Below are positions 10,838 to 23,455 of a stretch of 64,000 nt of DNA, in pieces. Under the pieces are notes generated by a model. It was not told where the DNA came from. It did no database searches and saw nothing but the letters and a program-made list of their open reading frames with translations. A program made the position numbers and the translations under genes. Numbering within the stretch: the first letter of the stretch is position 1; each line of letters starts with the position of its first letter. The stretch is taken from the NCBI GenBank assembly GCA_965649825.1, contig OZ287704.1, positions 478,201 through 542,200 on the forward strand, written 5' to 3'. Source of the stretch: Penicillus capitatus. Lineage: Eukaryota > Plantae > Chlorophyta.

Positions 10838-11233
10838 CATCGAAGCATCGTTGCAACACCTAGGGCCGAGCATCTATCGAAGGATAGGGGATATGCGTGC
10901 AATAACGACTTTTGTCTTTTCGATCGAATCCGACGGGAGAAGCGGTTTTCGGCGTACTGATTTTCCAAGTGCATGACGATGACATCCGACTCGTCAGCAC
11001 GACATCTCCATCTCTAAACGTTGGAAGTTGTCCTCTCGGATTCAATGAGATGACTGGCGATTTGTGTTCCTCGAGATTTTACAACATGTTGTCTGCGACA
11101 GAGATGGGGTGAAGAACGTGACTCTTAGAAAATTCGAGGAGTTTGCCCTATCGCGGAAGACACTTTTCTTCCAAGACGGTCATCGCTCGACAGCAGTAGA
11201 CAGATCCTGACCCCCAGTAAATCAAACGGTCAT
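10303..11233 (-). pseudogene. Glutathione S-transferase (rho/GST-A-like motifs), disrupted
   Basis: Spliced translation: LIYWGSGSVYCCRAMTVLEEK ... EHKSPVISLNPRGQLPTFRDGDVVL/ESDVIVMHLENQY ... AEMALWDTYLGAQKHAATDAFTLADAMLASMLLILARFGMTFKDYPNIKTYCEMIR/EHRSVTKTSPPHW. Lesions: 1-nt frameshift near 10995, TAA at 11079-11081 in the likely frame, and an out-of-frame ATG at 11233. Confidence 0.85.
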
Positions 11234-11234
11234 G

Positions 11235-11260
11235 CGCCCTCGCCCTCGCCCTCGCCCTCG
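11235..11260. repeat. (CGCCCT)4 microsatellite
   Basis: Read directly, adjacent to the GST 5' end. Confidence 0.85.
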
Positions 11261-13087
11261 CGATTCTTCGACGCTCAAATGATTCTAGGAGGATACGGTA
11301 AATACGCATCAATTTCTGAAAAGACTGATGGCAAGGCGGCGGAACAGGAAGGAGGCTTTTTCGCACTACCCAGGAGAGAAGACGTTCTTTGGAAAGCTCC
11401 GAATCTGGACAGCTTATTGATCCATGACCTTCGCAGATGGTCAGATCTGGAAAAGGATTCAGATCACGCGTCTTCGAGACCGGCCATCGTCCTACCACTA
11501 CAGATCGGGGAACTCTATGTACAGGAGAGCAGCCATTTACATTCCAGTTCTCTCTCTTGTTACACCTTGGTTGACATCGCCCCTTGCCAGCTGCGTGCGA
11601 AACAGGAAGTTCGAAAGGCAGCTGTGGATATGTTCCTCGTCTGCTCTCGAAGACACAGGTAGCCCTTCGGGATAAGGCCGTGCAGACGGAGGGATCACGG
11701 GATGCATAAGAGGAGACTACTCGTATGTCTTTTGTCGTCGACTCGACCAACCTGAGTAACTTAATCTTCCAAATAGGCAGGCAGCACGACGCAGGCAGTT
11801 TTCCGTGCTACGCGCACCGCGGCGTCGACCCCGCGAAAACGATCCAATCCTGAGAACTAGCGGCAACTCGATCATTTGAACTGGAGACTGTGAGATGGCG
11901 ACCGAGAGGAACGGATGCTCGACGGTCGAGCAGAAGAGGACGAAGTCATCCACAGTACTTTTACAGTTTCCCATCAATCTGGTATTCACTGAACGGATTG
12001 AACATTGCGCTGCGCGAAATCAGAACGCCGCACTTTACGCAATGCCTCGATCGCTTTCACACACCTTCCATCTGCCCGATGCTGCATGCACATTAGTTCT
12101 TCTCGGAGCCAATCTTCCAAAGCGATTCGCGGCCAGTTCTCGATCCCTCCAGGTCTGAAGCTCTTCGTTAAATAGATAACAGTGCAGCTTATGGAGTACC
12201 AAATAAGGCACTAGGACGGACGTATCCAAGTCACAGAACGCATCTCTGACTCGGACGTCAATGTTATAATTCTCCGAGGCTTCTGGTGTGTGTGCAGGAT
12301 TCCGCGATCGACTCCCTTTTCAGGCTCTGATACGGTGCCGACCTTTGTAAGCATCTGAGTTCCTGTCCCAGAGAAAGACAGCAGCAAACGGATGAACGAG
12401 TCGTCGCAAAGTCTGCCAAAAACATTCCTGATTACGCGCTACGTCTGCTTCGGCGCGGAAGATAGTGAATGATCTGTCATGGCGGGTTGCCGCTGTTAAT
12501 CGCTCTCTTCTCCCCGGGACAACCTGAACCACTTGTCCACTGTCTTGATCCCCGAACTCTCCGGGGGACAGCGACGAGGATGGGACTCGCTCGCTTTTGA
12601 ACGGGAGAATTCGTTCACGCAAAACAGAGTGCTCTGGACCGAGTGAGTCTCTGCATCGACAGAGATGTGAGAGCGATTAGACGAGATCCGCCAACTGAAC
12701 GCAAGCGGGTTCGGAAATCGGCTGACCTGTGCAGTTCAAGGTACTCGACAGGTGCACCGATGAAGCCGTTCTCGAGCTTCGAGCACGCCGCAATGGCGTT
12801 GGAGGGTGTCATTTCCTCCAATGCGCCTTCCAAGTCGCCAGAAGACACGGCCTCGAAACGGCGGTCGGCAGAGCAGACATAGCGAGCGGCAGCAGACACG
12901 TGTTTTCGTCACATCAAGAATTAAAAATCGTCTTCAAGAACAAGAATCGTTCTTGCGCAGAGCACACTGCGTGTCATGGCTATTTACGCTGAAAACAAAA
13001 AAGTCACGTCACTGATTCTAACCCGAACTATGTCTTCGGTTCGCTTGGAAAGAGAAAAAACTTCTAACTTATCTGATGTCGATCCGC

Positions 13088-16000
13088 TTATGTTCCTGAT
13101 GACAGATTCTCAGATTGCCCACGTCTCCTTCTGAACCTGTTCATCAGATGATTGTACTCGTAGCTCATCCAGTGCGGCAAGACACCGAAGACTCCTGCAC
13201 CGGGATCAGCGTCGTCTTCTCCTTCCCTCAGTATCTGCTTCAAGTACTCGACGACGAACTTCAGAATGTGATATGCGAAAACGATAAAAACGACAAGATT
13301 CAGCAAGACACAGGCGGCGGTGAGCAATTCTCGGGTGGCGTTATCTGTAAAATCCTCTTCCTTGAGCATGGCTGCGGCCAGTGTTGTCACCAGGGACGCA
13401 AACAGGGACACGACTTCGAATCTGTTCAGATCTTCGAATCTCCGACGGTAGGGCGCTGTCGCGATTTGTGCGACGATGGCGAGTATGATGAAGTGGGCCA
13501 GTCCTGTGATCGGCAGCACACTGTCGAAGAGGTGTGCGCAGAACACGAGAAAGGCAATGGACACCTTTCTCGCAACGACAGCCACCTCCCAGTATCGACG
13601 GCGTCCCAATCTGTAGCTTCGATACAGGAATCCCATCGTTTCGTAGACCCAGCCGTTCTTGTCCTTGAGGCACTCGACGGGACTGCTGAGAAAGATACCG
13701 AAGAGGATCAGCAATCCGCCGTACACAGGACACGCGTATGCCAGGACCACGAAGTAAAGCAGTTTGAGATGATCGCCTTCGTAGCACTTCAAACTCGTAT
13801 CCACCGCCCAGTACTTCGTCGTGCTGCTGTCTCCGACAGCTGGAGAATCGTAGACGCTGATGCAGAGGCCGACGCTCAATGCCGTCTTGAACACTGACAC
13901 GAAGGTGATGTACCACAGCACCATCAACGACAAGAGCCATCTCTTCTTCATGTAGTATCGCGGTCTGTTTGTTCTCAACTTCGCCGATTTCATCGCCCAG
14001 AACGCGATCCAGAAGAGCAGTGTGGCTGCTGGAATGACACAGACATTGACGACGGCAGCTGATATCGTCGGATGCAGGGACGGGTTATCGGAGCTTAGGC
14101 ACACGACTGAGCGGCGATTTCCGTCAGACGCGAGACCGCTGACGTACTCTACAACGTGAATGACTGACTCGCGCAGAGTGCTCGACTCTTGATCTCACCT
14201 GCAGCTTCTGCCACGACGATCAGAGGTATTGCCCATCCCACATCCAAGGAAGAAAGCAGCACAGTCACCTGAACGTAGCTGAGTGTGATCTGAGGAAGCA
14301 TCGATCATCCGTCAGAGAAGCGTTCGATTGCACATACCTTGAACATTTCGACGGCCTTCCACTTCGCGAGGACCTTTTCGGATACCGGGACTCCATCGGC
14401 CGCCCGATCCTGCTGCACTCAGTCGATAGAGCGCAGAAGATTCATTGAAACTTGCCTGTTCTTCCAGTAGTGGAGCATCGACCTGTCCGGCAGACGACGG
14501 CATTGCTCGCTGGCGGTGAAGCAATCTTTCTCTTCCGCGCGGAACGCTGAGGGTGCCGCGGATGGTGATGCCGGTCAGACCGACCAGAAACAACACCGAC
14601 AGCAAAATGAAGAAGACACTGAAGAAGCCTTCGAAGCACCTTTTGCACTTCGAGGACAAACCCGTCCCGTAGCCGTGCTCACAAGATCCACACAGTGGAC
14701 CAGTGTAACCCTGCGTAAAAGAACCGACGATCTCCCGAATCCGAGACCCGAAGACGATTGCTTGCCTTTGCACACTGGGATTGCGTGTAGTTCTGTATCC
14801 AGGCTTCGTCGGAGGGGCAGCTGTCCAACTCCTCAGTAAGCTTCGTCAGTTCGTCTGAACGGCCTTCGAATCTGCAGGCATGCGACGTCAGACACTTCCG
14901 CAGATGCGCCGAGCACGGTGTCTTCTGCCAGTATCCTTCGTCTGGTAGTATAATACGACCCTCGCAGTTGCCATTCATTGGACATGGATGGCAAACGTTC
15001 GCTGTGTGGACGAAGTTGTAGGTTGTGCTGCTACAGTCGGCGCAGAGGGAACCAGCGGACACCACTTCGCCGATCGAACAGTTTCTGACGCTCACGACAA
15101 TCGTTATACTCTCGACCGCCTCATCATCGAACTGTAAGGTCAGATTGTGATCTCCTGCCGGGACGAAGCCTCTGATGCCGCGGAAAGCTGCGGTTCCATG
15201 TTTCATCTCTATGGTAACGGTTCCGATCAGGAAGTCGTCCAGTGAGGACAGGCTGGCTTTCACTGGACGACGCGTTCGTGCAGGTCCCTGTCTCAGTTCA
15301 TCCAATAGCTCTACCATCATGGTGGGCATCTCCTTCCCGCTTCGATGCTCTTCGAACACATACTCTTCTCCACTGTCGGTCTTCGATTCTTTGGAGCCTT
15401 TGATTGTCATTTGCGCTATTGCTGGATAAGTCCCGACGTCGGGACCGTAGTTTGTGGCTTGATTGTGCCGCCAAGACGAGCATATGTCGTCGATGGATTT
15501 GAGATGGAACAGGAATTGCCATTCTCTCTGTTCGTAGAAGACCAGATCGGCATCTCCGGCCGCCGAGCAGCGAAATCGGATGGCGTCTAAGTAGCTTGCG
15601 TGAATGGCTCCCCCGGCAATCTCAGCACTGTTCCTCGAGAACGTTGTGTTTGTCACGGCAATGGATGGACAGTCGGCGCTCTCTTTGAGGCATTTCTGCC
15701 TCTTTTGGCTGCAATCGTAGAAGAGTCCCCCTGAGGAAAGTTCTCAATGGTCCGGTGTTCACGGATCGGATGCTTACCCCCAAGAGTGGCTCTGTTCATC
15801 AGTATTCTGCTATGGACCAATTGGAGGGCGAGAACCTGATCGGCGCTGGCTTCGAAGAGGATAGCACCGCCGTTACCATTCGCTGCAGAGTTCTCTCTGA
15901 GCGTGCAATTGACACAGAGAAGCGTCGAGGATGTGCTGCCCATGATGGCACCCCCATGGGAGTGCGCCTCGCAACGATCTATGTAAAGACTTTTTGCCAC

Positions 16001-18400
16001 GAATTCGGAATCTGTCAGCGCAATTGCTCCCCCCTTCTTCGATCTCCCATGCGTCATTCGTGAATTGCTTATGAGAATCGAACTGTTTTGTTCTCCAGAA
16101 ACGAAACCACCGGAAACCTGCGCTTTGCCATCCGAGAAGAGCGAACCAGTGTCGTTCACCGTCGAGTCTTCGGCACATACAGAGCCTCCCAGATTGGCAG
16201 TATTGTTACTTGCTTTCGTGCCTGTCAACTCAAGCATTGAATCTCTTACGTGGATGAAACCACCACGCTTTGCGCTGTTGCTTGTGGCCTGCGTTTCTGC
16301 GAGACGGACTCTTGAACAAAAGGATTCGAGGAAGCCTCCCCTATCCGCGTAATTTCCAATTGCTTTTGTTCCCTTCATGTCGAGTGTCGAGAACAGCGTC
16401 ATGACAAGGCCTCCGCTCAACGCAGTGTTGTTGACTGCCTTTGTCCTGGCAAACTCAACTGTGGAGTTCCTGGCCATGATAAATCCTCCCAGTTGAGCAG
16501 TATTGTTTATTGCCAAAGTTTGATCCAAAGAGATGACAGACTCGATTGCATGGACGAAGCCGCCCATCCCGCCGTTCACTATTTCATATGTCTTGCTTCT
16601 TGATTTGGATGGAACCTCCTGTCTCACATCTGGGATGATCGTACGATAAGGAACTTGGTTGTTAATTGCACGTGTCTTCACAAACGAAAGTGTCGATCTG
16701 TCGGCAAAGATAAAGCCGCCAGCCACTTTGGCACGATTGTTATATGCCTTCGTCGATGAAAGTTTCAGATTTGAGTTAACTGCAAATATAAATCCTCCTC
16801 GATAAGAAGCACGATTGTTATATGCCTTCGTCGATGAAAGTTTCAGAGTCGAGTTCACTGCAAATATAAATCCTCCATCGCGATAAGCTCCGTTTTCTGT
16901 GGCTTCTATCGAAGACAGCTTGAGAATTGATCGTTTTGCATGAATGCAAGGACCGTTGTCTGCACCGTTCCCATGGAAGGTAGAATGGGACAAAGTGACA
17001 GTCGAGTTTGTTGTTTGGATGACGGATTCAGAATCTTGAGGATGGTTCTTCATGAAGCGGATATTATCCATTTCCGCAGATGATTCGATCAATACCAGGC
17101 AAGGAAGTCCGTTCTCATTGAACGACGAATTCGACATGGAGATAAATGCATCTTCAATTCGAAAGATATAACATTCGTTTTCAGCTGCTGTTAGTCTTTT
17201 GACGTTCGTATGGGATCCAGGGGCACCGAAAACAGGGCTGTAGATTGTCCCGGTCTGCCAAAGGTCATTTTGGTGACTGTGCAATTCTCCAGTCTGTTCT
17301 TTGTTGAGAGAATGGCTCCACATGCACTACTTGGGCATACCGTGTTATGGAAATCGACGTTAAATAACTCCGACTCGGAGCAAGATGGAGAAGCCATTTG
17401 AAGACCTCTCACATCAGTGCCATTTTGAAAGACGACATGGTGCAGACGCACCTGGCCAGTTATGTCTCCAGTACCACACGCTCCAACCTCGATTATTGAG
17501 TCCCGGAGCTGACATTGTTCGAATATCAGATTAGCAAACGTTACACTCTTTGTCCTGCGGGAATAGATGAAGGTGGTGAGTTTTCAGAGAATTCTTACTT
17601 TACGACGAATATGCCAGCTCTGGAGTGCTGTAGACACGTAATCTCGTCTTCGTTTTCGAACGAGGAACCATTTCTCCGTCACGGATAGGTGCGTGGACGT
17701 GTGCACTCAGGGTTAATTCCCAAGGAATGGTGACTGTCGATCTTGACTCGATGATGCAGCTTACATTGAACAGGATGATGTCGCCTCGCTGAGTGCAGTC
17801 GATCAAAGATTGCAAATCGTGATCAATACCGCTAAGGAAGGTTTCATCCACAAACCACGTTCTGCTGTCCGCGTCCAAGTATCTGTCGATAGCATCTTCT
17901 GTCAAATAACACTGAACACCAGAACGATCAGAACCCAAGGAGGTTGTCTGTCTGTATCGAAAAGAAGTTAAAACAATTCGTGCCTATGGGATATTTACTC
18001 ATAAGAAGGAATGTCTGACAGCAGTGAAAATCTCCCCTACAACGACAAAGAAATGAAACTGTCACACTCTTTGGCCCAGACAATTTAACCGTTGGCTCTG
18101 AGTGTCCATATTCGGCATACTGGACTGAGATCCCGGCGGGTCGAAAACAGGTCTGTACGTCGAATATGACAAGGCGTGGAAGCTGACCTGTTTAATAACA
18201 AAACATGAAGGAAAAAACCAAGACAGTGGCAGAATACGAGCAATAGTCGGCGAACCCGTTAGACCAAAATGACCTCGAAGAACCAAGCTCGAACAGTCTG
18301 GGTAGCGCGCCAACGCCTCCAGACACATGCATAGCAGCAGAAGAAGCCTTCGCAGCGTTAAGCAACCAACATTTTTTGCATTCGTTTGCGAAAACATCAT
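13088..18400 (-). CDS. Large POMP-like (GG-A/F-I ... N repeat, right-handed beta-helix) surface protein with Cys-rich stalk and multi-TM C-terminus; one apparent 1-nt frameshift near 17220; start uncertain
   Basis: Exonic ORFs 17600-17938, 17191-17451, 15653-17323, 14679-15656, 14312-14773 and 13088-14104. Repeated GGFIFA..N..A/GGAI motifs, a Cys-rich segment (CADCSS..CHPCP..GYTGPLCGSC) and several hydrophobic helices (YWAVDTSLKCY, RRYWEVAVVARK). Signal-like RRLLLLLCMCLEALA near 18350. Confidence 0.85.
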
Positions 18401-18864
18401 CTGAAATAAGGCCGTGGGATGCGAAAACGTAATCACTTGATCGGTTTTCGTGACAAGATGGAGCGACAAGACCCAACACGCACTGTCTTACCACAACTGA
18501 ATGGGCCGCCTATCCTCATCTCTTTGTCGCTGTTCCAAACGTCCTCTTCTCGATTAATCGGCTCATGACAACAGCAACGTCGTCAACGAGTTCTGCAAGT
18601 GGTTCCTAACAACAAGGCAATGACGTGGTGGAGCATTTTTTCAGGTGAATTAGCAGGTGAACAAACTCTTCTTTCGTAAAACATTGTGTCTTCGAAAGCC
18701 ATCTGCGTCTGGAATTCAGATTGCCGCTCCATGTACAGCATGTGACGAAAATCCAAGAAATGCGACAAGGCATCTCTTCGATCAGAAGTAGAGACGACGA
18801 TGGCCGATTCTTAGCCATTCTTGTCTTCGCATCGCGTCGTTGCGATTCGTTTCCGCTACGGGCG

Positions 18865-20114
18865 CTAGTCCGACCTTCCACGGCCTGCGGACGACACCTT
18901 CTTGCTAACTTCGCCGTTTAACTTATTCTCCACAGCAGAACAGTCGTGCGCATATGACCTGATCACTTCTGCCTGAACACGGATGCAGCAGTTCTCCGCG
19001 ATCTCCTTGGGATCCTCGTGCGCCGACGAGAGAATCTGCTCCCTGTCCACCAGACACTGATCCTGAGACTTCGCTGTTGCTTCGCACTGATCCAGATCTT
19101 GGCCACGCCTGCAGATGCATTCAAACTGTTCGATCACAGCTTCAGGCAATGGACAAGAAGTACTGTGAGGATTCCTGCATCAGGATGTCGTGTGTCCCAT
19201 CAAGCTCCGCTTTTCTGCTTGGGCGCGCGAGGTGACAGGAAAGTGGTGCGAGAGAGAGAGACTACTTGTTGTCCAGTGCTGCCTGTCCTCCTTGGCTGCA
19301 CGCTCTCTTGTTTTGCATCCCTGTCGACTAATAGAGCTTGTACGTTGCCATCTGGAGCTTTGTCCGTTCCGAAAAAGCATTTTCATTGTCGATCATATCT
19401 TCCGCCAGCTCTAGGAAGAAGTTATGCCTGCATTCCAGTTTGCGCACTTCCATTGCCGATGGCTCTCCGTGTGAAGAAATCCCCACGCGAGTAAATCGAT
19501 CTGTTCTTCACGCTGAGTGAGAGACATCCCTGCACACATGACCCTTGAATCGAATCCTCCAGATAATGAGATCAGATTGATTGCGTCTCATCAAGCCTCC
19601 TCTTCTGTACATCCAAGAAAATCAGACGTCGCCGGATGCAGTCGTTGCGTGCCTTTACTTTATCTCGACAAGCATTGGCGAATCCTGCCGTCTTGCTTTC
19701 AAACTCCTCTTGCTCTTCTTTGAGTTCCTTTTCTCCATAAACAAGACATAGCAGAGTTTCTCTGGATACGTGATCGAATTCCAATTGACTCTCGACTAAG
19801 ATCTAGATTCTTTTGGGCGAGAGACTCCCCGGTCAAGTTCACCGCGGCCTCTATATCCAGCAACCCTTGATTCCAGGCTTCAAGTTCACTCTTAAAGCGG
19901 AGAACACGTAGTCAATCGCGTCTGTGAACTTCGATTGCTTTTTTAGTCTGCTAACATGTGCTCGGGGTTCTTCGTACATGATATTCTTATAGATGGTGTA
20001 AGTGTCATCGAACGCTTCAGTGCGTGATGAGTGTTTACTGCGGTGCGCGGAACAATGCTCGCTCCTAAATCGTTTATTTCCAGAGACACGATATCTGCTG
20101 CAAGGAACGAACAC
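18865..20114 (-). pseudogene. Degenerate helical/coiled-coil protein gene, family not recognised
   Basis: Collinear minus-strand fragments (FTDAIDYVFSAL; EKELKEEQEEFESK; FLELAEDMIDNE; AVIEQFECIC) are interrupted by stops. Confidence 0.35.
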
Positions 20115-20888
20115 ACAGCCGAGTGTTCATCCATTCGTGCGCGGTGTCGTAAGTGATGGGACGTTTGCCTCAGTCATGTCTCTTGTCGCGGTAACCTCAA
20201 TGTGGGGACATGAGATTTCGTCTCCGTGTCAGAATGCTGAAACCCTCCAAAGCGACCATTCAGACGCCTTGCTCTTCGTTCCAAAAGATCTGTGTTTAAG
20301 TGGCGAAGATCCTGTGCAAAGAAAAATTGAGTTGTGATCAGATTTAAGAGTGTGCGATATCTTCAATGATCAACGCTGTCTTCTTCTACTTTTTGTAAAG
20401 CTGCAGAATCTTATCTGTGCGGTCTGCGAACTGACAGCGGCGTTTCCTGAACGAAGAGGACTGTGAAAAGATTGCACATTTCCACGCGGGTTTCCGTGTT
20501 CCACATGGCGAGTTTATGCTCACCACTACACGACTGACGTTTTGTCACCTTTGCAATTTCACCTGTACTAGTCGTTGGGACAAGATTCTGAAAGTAATCT
20601 ATTCCGCTGCTTCTTGTAGACTGGTCACCCGATTCCTATCCCGTTTCTTTCACAGAGTAATTCGCACAATAACCCAAAGGTGTTTCCATATCAAATAGTA
20701 AACCGTACTTAAGGAGGACTACTTTCTTTGTCTCCTATTGTGACGTCGAACGGAAAGTGATACGTTTCTAGGATAATACGATTGGTACTCGGAGACGTCT
20801 CGCGTGTCCTTTGAGTCAGTCAGTAGGGTCGACGCGATCCAACACAGGCGAGGAAGCAGAATGCGTAAATGAAATTAATGCTGATCGT

Positions 20889-23455
20889 TTAATCTGGCCC
20901 CAGTTTGTCCAGAAGAGTGACCTTGACGTTGAGGGTCAACCAACCGTTCTTCACAAAACCGAGTTTTTCGTCCTCCACTTCGAGACAACTCAGCGACCAA
21001 TTGAGATGTTGACCGCGATCTGGAGAAATCACCAGCTCCTCCTCTACATGAGATCTGTCAGTGGACCAAGGTAGCCGGTGGCGTATTACCTTGAACACTT
21101 TCGTCGTTTGGTTGTGTGTGCGTGACAACGCGGAGTTCGACAAGGATACGTATCCTCTCTTTTGACCAGTTGCCAACGGTCAGTTTCGTACTCTTCGTTT
21201 TCGAATCGGTATCGGGAGACCGAAGTTCCAACGCTCTGCTCAATGCAAACGGCTCAAGAGCTAAAAGTCGAAGAGATAAGGGCGAGTAGGTAATGCTTAC
21301 ATGGGGATGTCATTGATCCAGAATTTCTCTGGAATCATGCAACCTGGGTTCAACTGTGTGTATCTCACTCTCCACTAGAACACAACTTCAGTCCCTGGAA
21401 GAGATGAGGAGGCCAATCATGCTGTGCAATTGGCAGTCTTTCCGTCAATGGCATAACAAAAGTTTTCGTTGTCTTCAAGACGAAGCCTCAGATTCAAGCG
21501 GACAAGGAAGAAATCGTGTTTCAGGAACCCAGAGGACGAGTCCATGAGGTCCTTGACGGTGGTGCACAAAGTAGACTTCCCGATGAAGCTTTCAGGGTGT
21601 ATAATGAAACGGTAATCTTTAGCAGTCAAATCGGCACGTCAATGATCGAAGAATATGCAAAAACGATTGCTTACTGCAGGTCTTGTTCTTTGTTGCGTCT
21701 TTGAAGTTAACGACCTTCGTTGTGGAATGAACCCAAGCCTCCGGCCCCTGCGTAGCACCAATAGAGAGTCCGATGTCTGCATTTTCTTCTCTCTTGATGT
21801 CGAACTCCCTGGTTGGCAGCATGACAGTGTGGGATGTGACATGACAGAATTCAGAATTACCGACCATGTGCGGTCGTTCATCACAAAAGACTTAGAGAAC
21901 AGTCCCTTCGGATTCTCCAACAGAGACCGGTGCACACAGCACTGGGGAAGACTACCAGTCTGCAACGAGAAGGGAAGCAGGCTGAATTACCTCGTAGTAG
22001 GCGTACCACTTGGACTTGGCGAGCAGATAGGCGTGCTCAACGCCGTTATCGACACCAGTACCCTCTGCGTTTCGAACACATCTCAGAAAGAGCGGAGCAG
22101 AAAGCAGACATCGACCTTCGATCTCTACGCTCATCTTGTTGTCGATCTCCAGAGAGCTTCCTTCTTTCTCTTCTACCTCTCTTCTTTGGCGAAGCATCTC
22201 CAGCGCGAACTGTCTGCAGCTCATAAAGGAGATCCTTGCGCTCAGCGTGATCCAACCATCTTGCACGAAGCCACTTGTCTTGGCTTCAAGCTCGCTTTTC
22301 TTTGCGAGGTGGATCCAGTCCGTCTGGGATCCCTGGCCACGCAGATAGAGCATCTCTGCGAGCAAAACAGGACTCATCAGAGCGAGAGAGAGGCAGAAAA
22401 TGGTATCACCGAGAGAAGAGGCGGCTCCAGTGACTTCGCGGTTCAGGATGGAGCACAACAAGCGTCCGTAGAGGGGACTGCCTCCCGTGTGTTGCATCGA
22501 CAGATCCAAATCTGTCGAATGAGAATTCGATCCATACGGTCGGATTTCTAAGCTCCTGTGTGACCAACCGTCAAACAAGAGTAACAATTGCGAGTAACGA
22601 GTATCATACAGTGTGCAACCGCCTGTGTCAAAGTCGTCTGTCGTTAGAGTAAATGGGCTCATCTGTTTGAGGTGTCTCAACTTCCACTGACGTACACATA
22701 ACCTGTTCCGAAAAGAGAGAGGCAAGGAGGAGAGACGACCTCGCACACAGCGTCCCCTCCCTGGAAGGAGAGCTTCCAAAGCTCGCTCTCCGGACACCGG
22801 ATTCTCAGTTCCAGGCGCAGCGTGAAGTAGTCGCCATTAAGGAAACGTGTGCAGCGATTCTTGACGTCCTCAATCCTCGCCATGTCGCGAATTCCGTGCC
22901 GACAATCGAACGGACGGAAGACACAAGAGACATCTAGACAAGGAATAGATACAGTTCAGGAACTTGGAGACGTCAGTAAATTCTCTTTTGGCAACTTTCG
23001 CAGATGTTCTGCTTCTCGTCCTCCCAGTTGACGAGAGTCAGAGAGAAGTAAGCCTTGACCACTCTCCAGTTCCGAGAACAGAGACAAGTTCTAAGGTTCC
23101 CTGTCGCCGAGTTCTCGACTTCGATGCACCTTCATCACAGAACACGAACACGAGTACTCTGAGATGTCCACTGGGTCCTCCCTTACCAATGATGACCATT
23201 GACTTCGAAGTTACACGAAAACATTCTCGTGTTCTTTTTCTCCAAAAAAGAGTGATGCACACGCCACTAGCAGAATGCATCACGTAACGATTTCAACGAG
23301 TCTGGTGACCTTACTTCGTAAGTCGCGTACCACGCATGCTTCTTCAACGTATAAGCGTGGGGGATGCCTTTCGTAACTTGGTTTCCCTCTGAGGGCGACT
23401 TCAGTTCACGCGCCGTGCAAACGTGGCACACCTTCAGCGTGTATCGTCGTTCCAT
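20889..23455 (-). CDS. Multi-MATH/TRAF-domain protein (four MATH-like domains), copy 1; intactness uncertain
   Basis: Four domains end in MATH-type strands (RFLNGDYFTLRLEL; GFVQDGWITLSARI; GFLKHDFFLVRLNL; GFVKNGWLTLNVKV). Starts include YEWRVHHSF..FEVNGHHW and YEWCVHRSL..FVMNDRTW. Short GT-AG introns. Confidence 0.8.

Noticed and set aside
11279-13015. Short ORFs in 11.3-13.0, 23.9-24.9, 32.6-35.8, 39.5-41.3 and 50.3-51.5 kb as functional genes
   Set aside because: Some look like degenerate coding remnants (occasionally BTB- or MATH-like by eye), but no family motif or consistent splice model could be supported.
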